Below, piece after piece: positions 53,793-64,000 of a DNA stretch of 64,000 nt; the stretch's first letter is position 1; each line of letters opens with the position of its first letter. The translations under genes and the position numbers were made by a program. The notes below the pieces were generated by a model that saw only the letters and a program-made list of their open reading frames with translations, made no database searches and was not told where the DNA came from. Origin of the DNA: Octopus bimaculoides (lineage: Eukaryota); NCBI RefSeq assembly GCF_001194135.2, contig NC_068994.1, positions 903,441-967,440 on the forward strand, given 5' to 3'.

Positions 53793-55339
53793 CACATGCA
53801 CACATACATACATATTTTATTGAACATTTCCTATTTATTTTTCATTTATTGTTTAGCCTGTTTTCTTGTTTTATTTATTATTTCCCCCCCTCCCTGACGA
53901 TATATTTCTCTCATTTCAAATGCCACCAATCTGCTCATCTCTCTACATCATTTCCTTGATTCTCTCAAATTTTAATTTCTTTGTTTATTTTATTTATTTA
54001 TTTGTTTTTTTTTTGTTCTTTTCGACCATTTTTGCTGTAAGCATTGGAAAAAGATATTTTCATTAAAGTCCTTTTGTGATAATCTCTCTCAACTATTTTA
54101 CTACATTTCAAACATTGAAACTTTTCACTAATATATATATATATTTTTTCTTAATGGGAGGAAAGCTTTACTTGAAATTTATGTCTTCACCTGTTACTAA
54201 TATGACCAGAAGGAGATTTAGATTCAAGTGTAGACTTTAAGGAAAAAATATTGACCAAGCACAATGCCATGGCTTTAGTTCGCTTGGTTATTGGAGGAAA
54301 CTACTGGTCCCTATAAATAGCTGCATACAAAATTCACAACCGTAACTGTTTCACCAAGTTTTATGAACTTTTTCAAGGCCTTATTTAAGTTGAAAAGCTT
54401 ATCTATAAACAAGACACAAACACACATTTTATACACTCACTTGCAAATTACTTTAATCCTTTTGATGCCAACCTGCCTGAGACTGATCCTGTTTGAAAAT
54501 GACCCAAATTAAAATGCTTCCCTCAAAATAATTTATGTTCCAATCATTGACTTAATAATACTAAATTTATTATTTTCAAAATTAATTGAAACAAAAGCTA
54601 AGTATTTCGAGTAAGCAAAGGATTAACAAAACCTAAAGAGGCATAACCTTTGACCCCAGTGTCTTCTCTTTGTTTACATAACTATCTTTATACTTGAATT
54701 AATGATTTTGTAAACTGCTTTCCATTCCTCAGTTGTAGAAGAGTTGTGCTATTCAGTGTCCAAAACTTCACCATGTTCCAATAGGCAAGTCGACAAAGTG
54801 TCATCTTTTAGCCAAGTATGGTCAGTACACTTCCACTGGTCACTCAGTCTACTGGATAGTCTGCCAAACAATTGGTTCTCTTGCTCTAAGTATAGTTTTA
54901 GTTCTTAGCTTTTCTCTCCATACCCATGTAGCTGCCAGATTTTGAAATTGACTTTAGCTCTTGACATCAATACAATAGAAACAAGATATCCATTGAGTTG
55001 CCATGTGTGATTATTGGGAGTGAGTCAGCACGAGGGAACAAGAAAGACTAGTGACAACAGTTGACACTAAACAGGCAGAGTGAAAGCTGGACTGGTCACA
55101 ATCAAGTGCGCTCCCACCACCTCCATAGCTTGTTTCATCATATTGCTGTCTGTGTCTCTAGATCACTCTACATCAATGAACATGCTTTGTGCTCCAATTG
55201 CCAGCAGATGCTAAGATGTTCCTTTTGTTTGCAACAATAGGGAGAAATGATTGTTGGATTATTGTCATTTCACTTGTTCCAGCTAATTCTGTAAGAACGG
55301 CCAACAACCTGTTGTCAAGGGTCTCACAGGTTCTTTAAG

Positions 55340-55825
55340 GCAGCGATCTGGTAGGATTCTTAGCTTATCAAACAAAATGTTTAGCAACATTTATTCTGAG
55401 TCTTTATGTTCTGAGATCAAATCCCACTGAGGTGAAGACAACTTTGCTTTTCATCCTTTGTGCATGGGGGGGGGGGTGTCAATAAGATAAAGGACAACTG
55501 AAGTATTGGGCTCAATGCAACCGACTTGCTCCCTCCCTTTAAAATTGTTGGCTTTGTCCCAAAATTTGAAACCATCATTGTTATTATAATTATTATTATT
55601 ATTAAGGTGGTGAGAATCTAGCAGAATTATTAGCTTGCTGGACAAAATGCTGCTTAGAAGTTTTCTATCTTTATGTTCTGAGTTCAAATTCTACCAGGGA
55701 CGATTTTGCCTTTCATCTTTTTGGGGTTGATTAAATGAGTACCAGTCATGTACTGGGGTCTATGTAGCTGACTTTCTCCCATCCCTGAAATTGCTGGCCT
55801 TGTGTCTAAATTTGAAACCATTATT
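55340..55825 (+). mobile_element. Head-to-tail pair of family A SINEs separated by an (ATT)n tail
   Basis: Two consecutive same-strand copies, each ending AAATTTGAAACCAT. Confidence 0.8.
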
Positions 55826-57285
55826 ATCATACTGCGATTAGTACAAGTGCAATGGTGTGCTCTGAATTACATTATATATTGGTGTAACACAAAGTGGCAC
55901 TTTTAACAACTAGAATAATAATACAATAAAATATATTCATTTATTTATTTAGAGTAATAGAGGAGGAGGAGGAGGAAGAGTAAGGTGCATAGTTTATGTT
56001 TTCCCCAAAATAACAGAAATATCAGTAAAAGAATTTTAATAACTGAAGTGGAAATCAGGTGAATCAGCCGTGCAGCAATATTCAATCCTTGTGTCGTCTA
56101 TTCAATGAATTTGTCTCCTTCTCACACACACTTTGTCATGGGTGGTGGGTAGGTGGGTTGCTACATCTGTTAATTGCTGTGGTAAATAGTGAAATATATC
56201 AAGTTGGCTTGGAAACATTTAAAAGGTGGTGGTGGTGGGATTAGTTAGGAAAGAGAATGTTTCTGATGTTGGTGTGTAGGAAGGTACATTGGTCATTTGA
56301 TTCCAGTGTCTTCTCTCCAAAAACTGATGCCTGACATTTCATTGATTTCGTTCCAGCTACTCTCACCTGTATTCACACATATTGTCTATGCAGTAGTTCC
56401 ATTATTTTAAGTTCATGTAAAGGTAAAGAAATTATAACATTAAAGAAGTTCTCTCCATAGTTTCACTACGGCTGTAAGTATATGCTTTCAACAGGAAAAA
56501 ATAGTTGAGATTTCGGGAGTTGAATTCTGTTTCTATTCAACTTTGACCTCTAAATTCAGTAAAATTTGCCAAACTTTATCTTCTCCCACTGCTTACAGCT
56601 TTTCCACAACTCCAGCTGGCCACCTTGTCATCTTTGTAAAACATCATCTGAACACTTCTCTCTTTTTTTCTCCCCGTTGCCTCCGCACACATTTTGCCAA
56701 AATCATCTTCATTCATTCAACAACAAAAACAACAAATTTCTGGCTCATTCATTTTGATCAATTTTTTTTTTTTTTTACAATTTTGTTTTTTTCTTTTTTT
56801 GTGCTTCTACCATTCCTTAATCATCCTGACTTTATAAGCGTCACTTTCTGTACACATCACCATCACACACTCATATTGCAGTTTTTCTTCTTTCTGCCAA
56901 ATCATTTTTATGACATATCGCCATTGTTTTAATTAACATCGTTAAGATCTTTTATAGGCATTTGTTTTGATTCTGCTTTTTAAAATTTTTATTTAAATTT
57001 TGTTTCTTTTTAACCCCCCTTCCCCACAAATCCATTTGTTATTTAACTGCTGCCTCAGTGTCAAACATGAATGTACCAAGGTTAATTGAGGTGGCAGAAC
57101 AGTTTGTGCTTCTCAAAGACTGTCTTCATAGTTTATGTCTCTTCACCAGGTTTTCTACAAAACCCATCAATTCTCGTCTCTGCCTCCTTTTATCATCACT
57201 CATTGCATTTCTCTTCCAAATATCAGCAGTTTTTTTTTTGTTCTTTTTGTTAAAAAAACTTCATGTTTTAAGTAGTGTGTGTGTG

Positions 57286-57317
<32 letters not shown>

Positions 57318-57730
57318 NNNNNNNNNNATATATGCATGTGTGTGCATTCACACGCACACACACACATATATATATATGTAATATACATATACATTCAAAC
57401 ACACTGCTTCTATACACACTTTGATTCACTCTCTGCAATAGCAGATTATTTACATCGACTCTTCATCCACTGCCCCCCCTCCCTTATAATCCGAAAACAA
57501 AGTACATCCTGTTGTGATGATGCTCGAAGAACTTACTGTGAAAATGCTGAAAAAATAAACTGTTGCAAATTTTTTAATTGAATTTTCGTTGGTTTATTAA
57601 ATATTGTTGTCATTGTTTATTGCCAAGGGATCTGTATGAGCTGGTCAGGATTTGAGGGAGATTTGCCTATTATGTCTAGCAGGTCAAGAAATAAGTACCA
57701 GTTGAGCACCAGGGTGGATGTAATTAACTG

Positions 57731-59340
57731 CCTCCTCCTCTGAAATTGCTGGCCTTGTGCCAAAATTTGAAATCCTTAATTCGGTTTCCCTTATTGACCA
57801 GTGACACATTCGTTTTTCTCTGAAATACTTAGCCCCTCTCCTCAAATTTGCGATCTTGCCTCTTCAGAGTTGTTGTTGTGCTGCATAAAGTGCTTAGCAG
57901 CATTTCATTTGTCTTTACAGTCTCAATACAAACTCTGCTGAAGACTGTGCCTTTTGTCCTTTCAGCTGTTCACTCTCATTTGTCTTCTTATTTTACTGTT
58001 GATGATGAACAAGGTGTGTGGTTGTTGCATGTTCCACTAAATGTGGTGATGGTCACCATCAAGTTGTTGGTTCAAGTATTGCTGAAGTAAATACAGTTCC
58101 TCACCAGTGCCATGATATGAAAATAAAAATGTTTTCAAATTTGGCCACAAGGGCAGCAATTTTGGGTGAGGAGATGAGTTGATTGTATCAACCCCAGTGT
58201 GTAACTGGTACTTATTTCATCGACCCGCCCCTCCCCAAGGATGAAAGGCAAAGTCAACCATGGCAGAATTTGAACTCAGAACATAGTGATGGGCAAAATA
58301 CTGCCAGTTTGCTACCTTGATGATAATAATAATAATAGCACTAGCCATGAAGATGTTTATTTTCTGAAGCATTTTATTCTAGAGATGGTGTAAAAGTCTG
58401 CATTGGTAGCATTGAAAATGCAGTTTATCTCTGTCAATATATGAGATCTCCTTTCCTTTCTGTCAATGCATGTATCTGTCTACTCTGACAATACAGAGAA
58501 GCATTTAAACAACTTAATAACAGTGAAATACTGGAGATGATGAGAATCTCCCCAAAAGCCCATCTCTTCAAAACTGTGTTCTGATAAATTAGAAACCATT
58601 GCTGTGTTGTAGCAGAATTGTAGCTTTTGGACTTTAAGGTGGAAGAGGAAATCTCTCCACTGACCAACTTGTAGGCAAAGAATCACCTCCCACTTCTCCC
58701 TCCAGATCACTGCCATTTATAAATTTGTTTGTTTTTAAAATCAGAATTTTGTTCAAATTTGTTACCTGCTTTCTGGGTTTTTGGTTAGTTTAACAGAAAG
58801 TAGGAAATATTTACAATGAAAATATATCCAGAATATATGAATAAAACTCATAGTAAGTCCAAGACTACAATAGTCATCAGGATTTCTTTTGTTTGCCACA
58901 AGGCCAGAAATTTTGAGGGTAGTGACACATTGATCACATCACCCTCACTGGTCCTCCAAAAAGATGAAGGCAAAGTTGATCTCGGCTGGATTTGAACTCA
59001 GACCATAACAAGTCAGAAGATAATCCTTTTTGATATAAGAAGGAGGCCTGAAATTTCTGGGGAGAGAGTAGTTGATTACATGGTATTTATTTTATCAACA
59101 GCTGAAAGGACAAAAGGCACAGTCTTCAGCAGAGTTTGTATTGAGACTATAAAGACAAATGAAATGCGGCTAAGCACTTTATGCAGCAGGCTAAATTCTG
59201 AAGAGGCAAGATCACAAATTTGAGGAGAAGGGCTAAGTATTTCAGAGAAAAATGAATGTGTCACTGGTCAATGAGGGAAACTGAATTAAGGATTTCAAAT
59301 TTTGGCACAAGGCCAGCAATTTCAGAAGAGGAGGAGGAGG
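57731..59340. repeat. Local inverted duplication, arms 57731-57970 and 59097-59340
   Basis: About 240-bp arms match as reverse complements with roughly 7 substitutions and one short divergent patch. They share a junction between two SINE pieces. Confidence 0.88.
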
Positions 59341-59503
59341 AGGAAGTTAGTTTAATGAGCCAGAAAGGATGTAAGGCAAAGTCAGCTTCAACAGAATTTG
59401 AACTCAGAACATAATGACAAACAAAACATTGCTTAGTATTTTGCCTAAAGTGTGAACAATTCTGCCAGCTCACTGATTGGAATGGAAATTGAAATAATGC
59501 CAG

Positions 59504-60137
59504 GTATTTCATCTGCCCACCTGACTGGGTCTTTTGGACAATATTACTGTTCTTTGATAACATTTTGGTAGAAAGAATTACAGCAGCAAAACAGGTGCCT
59601 TTTGGTATGCGTGTGCACACACACCTTTTACATCCACTGTCTCATTCACACATATTTACTTTCCTTCATCACTCAATAAAATATTAGTTTAATAAAACAG
59701 CTTCCTCCTCTACTTTTGAGGTCCAGTCTATGTTTTATCTTAATGAAAATCTTTAATTAAGGTGTACGCTAATAGATTTGAGATTATTGTCACATTTCAT
59801 TGTTGATAGAAGCTGGAGACACGTATGTGATACTACTACATATCTCACTTTGTATGTGATACTGGACATGTAATCTTACGCTACTTTCAGTGTAGCTGAT
59901 AGAATCTTATCTGTAACATAGGAAGGCTGGTGATACTAAAGACTAATGATTAAGACTCCAAATATACATTGTGAAGCCAGCCTGCCATTGTACTTAAATG
60001 TTTCTTTTGTTTTTCATCTATAACTAAAGTTTTCTGTTTTCCCAGAGGATTCAAAGGACACAAATGAAAACCTTATTTCACAGCAAACTGAGGAAGTTAG
60101 AACTTGTGGCACATTTAGTGGTAGATTTCCTGCTAAA
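59504..60137 (+). other. Candidate exons of an unidentified downstream gene (59504-59604 and 60046 to at least 60137)
   Basis: Donor TTTG|GTATGC and strong acceptor ataactaaagttttctgttttcccag|. Phase-1 join reads ...ERITAAKQVPF-E-DSKDTNENLISQQTEEVRTCG. No homologue recognised. Confidence 0.3.
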
Positions 60138-60313
60138 GTGGGCTCCCCTTCAACTCTTTCAAAAAGAGGACACTACAGCATTTCCCAAATTGAAAATAGG
60201 GAGCGAGCATACACACACACACACACACACATATATAATTATGAGCATAAAAATACATCTACACGTACACACACACATGTAAATATATATGTATATATAT
60301 ATATATATATATA

Positions 60314-60935
60314 GTTGAAATTTATAGAAAATCAAAAGAGGAAGACAGGTGTATGAACAACAAACAGGTGTATTAGTTTGACGTTTGGGAAAATGAAAAA
60401 GTGTGTTACGTTTCAAGCCTACGCTCTTCAACAGAAAAGAATAAGAGAAAATAAACAGAGAGAGACTGAAAAAAAAAGAACTTGTTGATTTAGCGGTCAA
60501 GCATGGCGACTTATTAGAAAAAAGTTTGAAGAGGTTGGAAGAAAGGGAGATAATAAAGTGATGGTGATCCCACATGAAAATGCATGTGTGTGAATAGGGG
60601 CTAGTGACTGACGTGTGTAAGTGTGGGGGTCTGTAGCATGTGGCTGCTCATATAGTGGTATGTGTGATGACACTATTGATTGTGTGGGTGGTGGGAAGTG
60701 GTCAGTGCTAGTGTGTGGGGGTGGTTGTATGAGGGTAGGGGTGGTGTGTGTGTGTGGGGGTATCAATGAAGAGAGGAGATGGGTAGGTGTGAAGAGAGGA
60801 GGGGAGTTGAGCCCATGTGGCGTGAAGAGAAGATTAATACCTGTTCAAAGCGAAGGTGGGAGTCTGGATGGCCCTTGTGCAATGACACGCCAAACATAGA
60901 TGTTGTAGTGAATGACTGGTAGAGCGGAAATGGCA
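60314..60935 (-). mobile_element. Second Penelope-like element fragment (GIY-YIG C-terminus plus 3' terminal region)
   Basis: 60730-60920 is homologous to 5030-5200 (SLHKGHPDSHLRFEQVLIFS versus SLHRSHPYSCLCCEQELIFS), followed by a purine/GT-rich 3' region with a hammerhead-like motif. Confidence 0.8.
60401..60440 (-). ncRNA. Minimal hammerhead-ribozyme-like motif (variant core) in the Penelope terminal repeat
   Basis: Minus strand reads UCUUUU-CUGUUGA-A-GAGC-GUAG-GCUU-GAAAC-GUA. Stem II and the GAAA/NUH elements are present; the core has U at the conserved A6 position and stem I is degenerate. Confidence 0.55.
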
Positions 60936-60949
60936 TGTATATATAATAG

Positions 60950-61960
60950 AGAGTGCTAAGGCTGTTTAAGACCATGACACTGTTTAACTTTTACTGTTTT
61001 TAAATCAATTTTATGTCATGAATATTTCAGAAAATAATAATGGCAGACAGTTTACTCAAGAAATGAAGAAGCCTGCTGTAATTGTGGCATTAAAGGCTGA
61101 GCACGGCAATTTAGAGAGCAATCAGTTTTTCAAAGTTACCAGGTTTTTTTTTATCTACAAAGTTTGCAAGAAGTTAAAAGCTTCAAATGGAAAGGTATAT
61201 CCAGTATTGAAATGCAAAATGCATTCCCAACACTCCAATACCCCCAGAATTTATTCGACAAGTTCAGCAGATCATTGATGGAATTCCCCCAAAATCCATG
61301 AGTTCAGTAGTTGCAAAAGATCTCCATGTGTCAGAAAAGACAAATGTTGTCCACAAAGACATCCAGCACAAATCTTGTGTGATGAGAAGCGGTCAATGCA
61401 TATAAAAAAAACAGGAAATTTGGGGGGGTTTTTTCAGATTTAAAAGGCTTTTAAACAAAGTGCAGAATTTGACATAATTTGGTTTTGCTCAGATGAGAAA
61501 AACTTTGTCATTTTTCTCTGCTAATCTTCTGGTCCTGGTCAAATGATTTTAGTCAGACACTTCTTAAGTTCCAGTAGTCATGTACACAAGCTTTCCTGCA
61601 ACTGTCATGGTTTTTGGAGTTGTCAGCAATGAAGGACAATATGATGCCACCTCACGTCTTCCCCTAAGGCCTTAGAAGAGTTAACTCTGCTGGCTACATT
61701 GAGGTCCTAGAAACAGTTGTTATGTCCTGAGTAGACAGGGTATATAATGGAAGGTCATACATGTTTAAGCAGGGCTCTGCACCATCACATGAGGCTCAAG
61801 CAACCCCATAATGGATGATTGAGAATCTTCATGACCCCATAATCCCTAACATTTGACCTCCAAACTCACCAGATCTCAATCCATTGGACTAATATATGTG
61901 GAATGTTGTTGAGAGAGTGGTTAATCACCATAACACCCAAGATTCTTTGAAAGCTGATAT
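60950..61960 (+). mobile_element. Diverged Tc1/mariner (DD37D-like) transposase relic, different subfamily
   Basis: SDEKNF (ca. 61488-61505), VMVFGVVSNEG and PPNSPDLNPLD..WNVVE motifs across frameshifts. Confidence 0.8.
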
Positions 61961-62428
61961 AGTCATCACCATCATCATCATTCAAAGTTTGTTGTCCATA
62001 GGTTGGACGGTTTGACCAGGGCTGGCACACTGGAAGGCTGCACCAGACTCCAATCTGATTTCTATGGCTGAATGCCCTTCCTAACGTCAACTACTCTGAG
62101 AGTGTAATGGGTGCTTTTACGTGCCACTGGCAAGGGCACCATTTGCATGACACCGCTTTCTGCCACGACTGCAATTTCACTTGGCTAGATGGATCTTCCT
62201 CTCAAGCACGACATAATGCCAAAGGTCTCGGTCATTCGTTATTGCCTCTGTGAGGCCCAATACTCAAAAGGAAGTTTTCACATGCCTCCGTGAAGCCCAA
62301 CACTCGAAAAAAGCTTTACATGTGCAACCAGCCCCAGCAACTGTGCTTCCATGAGGTCCAACACTCAAAAGGTGCCCTTTACATGCCAGTTCCATGACAC
62401 CTGCATCAGCCATGACTACAATTCCACT

Positions 62429-62911
62429 TGAAGTGCCTGGAGGAGGTAGTGCTGTCCTAGGCCAAGAGGAAGACCCTATGTCTGGCAACAGGACTCTGAC
62501 CCATGCCACACAAGCAGGAGAACCCCAGTCATGGGTGTCAGACAATTTCCGTGACCACACCACCCCTAACACCTGGACACCTAACTCCCCAGACTGCAAC
62601 CCGTTTGATTATTATGTGTGGGGTGCAGTTGAGCAAGAGACCAACAAAACTCTTTGTAACACCAAAGATGAACTGAAGGCAAGGATTATGGCAGCATTCA
62701 CCAACTTAAACAAGGAGACCATCCAGAAGAGTTGCAGGAGATTCCTAAGTCATTTGGAGGCCATGGTTGAAGCCAATGGCGATTTTTTTGAATAAATTTA
62801 CTCTTCAGTATTTCGAGATATTTCAATGCAATTTTGGTAAATATATGTTAAAATGAGATGTCAGTGTTATTTCCATTTTTGTGTGATTTAGATGACAGTT
62901 TATTCACTACA
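62429..62911 (+). mobile_element. 3' fragment of the same DD37D family as 15560-16461
   Basis: After correcting one extra C near 62524, QQD-(37 aa)-D reads SPDCNPFDYYVW. The 3' end closely matches 16190-16450; the TIR is cut by the N gap. Confidence 0.92.
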
Positions 62912-63100
62912 NNNNNNNNNNNNNNNNNNNNNNNNNNNNNNNNNNNNNNNNNNNNNNNNNNNNNNNNNNNNNNNNNNNNNNNNNNNNNNNNNNNNNNNNN
63001 NNNNNNNNNNNNNNNNNNNNNNNNNNNNNNNNNNNNNNNNNNNNNNNNNNNNNNNNNNNNNNNNNNNNNNNNNNNNNNNNNNNNNNNNNNNNNNNNNNNN

Positions 63101-63391
63101 GTCCATATATTTTCGAACAATTATTATTTCTAAATCTCTGAACGAGAAACATTCAGTAACAGTCCTTGAGAGTAAAGATTATTTGCCAACATAATGTGGC
63201 AGTCTTGATTAGGATGAATGTTACCGTTATTTAACCCCAGGAAACAGTCTCCAGGTGGCTATCGATGCACTATTTGCGTCCATATATTTTCGAACAATTA
63301 TTATTTCTAAATCTCTGAACGAGAAACATTCAGTAACAGTCCTTGAGAGTAAAGATTATTTGCCAACATAATGAGGCAGTCCTGATAAGGA
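63101..63391. repeat. 177-bp-period tandem repeat (about 1.6 visible copies) next to a 189-N gap
   Basis: 63101-63214 repeats at 63278-63391, identical for 96 bp and then with a few mismatches. Confidence 0.85.
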
Positions 63392-63761
63392 CAGACATAC
63401 ACCACACCCATAATATACACACATATGATGTGTATAAATAATTTGTGCATGTACAAAGCATATTTCACAGGTTTCTGTACATGATGAGGAGGAAAACCTT
63501 TAGTTCTTACAGAACTGCCATTGGCTGATTCAGTACTTGCAGCGATTCTCTAATATTACTCACTCATCTGACTACACACACACAAATATATATCCACGTA
63601 CGTAAATATATACACGTATATATACACACACACACACATAAATCTGTATACGTTTATACATACATAAATATACACACGTGCATATATACATACACACTAC
63701 ATAAACATATACACGTGTATATACATACACACATACATATACTACATAAATATATTCACGT

Positions 63762-63762
<1 letters not shown>

Positions 63763-63794
<32 letters not shown>

Positions 63795-64000
63795 GTTTAA
63801 CGTCCGCTTTCCATGCTAGCATGGGTTGGACGATTTGACTGAGGACTGGTGAAACCGGATGGCAACACCAGGCTCCAGTCTGATTTGGCAGAGTTTCTAC
63901 AGCTGGATGCCCTTCCTAACGCCAACCACTCAGAGAGTGTAGTGGGTGCTTTTACGTGTCACCCGCACGAAAACGGCCACGCTCGAAATGGTGTCTTTTA
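63763..64000 (-). mobile_element. Family B retroposon, nearly identical to 33638-33866 in opposite orientation
   Basis: By eye the reverse complement differs at one position over about 225 bp. Confidence 0.9.

Noticed and set aside
48346-53959. Many 60-230-aa ORFs rich in YI/CV/HT repeats
   Set aside because: Translations of (TA)n/(TG)n microsatellites and N gaps; not genes.

Overview
Eukaryotic, AT-rich, microsatellite- and SINE-dense genomic DNA with several N gaps. The protein and repeat content point to an octopus (inference). The main gene is a + strand molluscan estrogen receptor (ER, NR3A-type, P-box CEGCKA). Its CDS can be built by hand from seven phase-consistent exons (34859-35228, 42732-42851, 44165-44278, 44603-44715, 45068-45248, 46280-46421, 47239-47369) plus a terminal exon whose start lies in an assembly gap (visible part 48138-48365). 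The junction inside the ligand-binding domain at 46421/46422 has a non-canonical TT donor (AA|TTAAGTAT) where GT is required; failure to splice there gives an immediate stop. Candidate 5' exons and a promoter lie at about 20.0-22.3 kb. The rest is a transposon landscape: a full-length degenerate mariner, DD37D (maT-type) relics, Penelope-like elements (one with a variant hammerhead-ribozyme motif), a LINE endonuclease relic, a hairpin MITE, several SINE families, minisatellites and a local inverted duplication. There are also weak signs of a second + strand gene near 56-60 kb. No rRNA, true tRNA or CRISPR array was seen.
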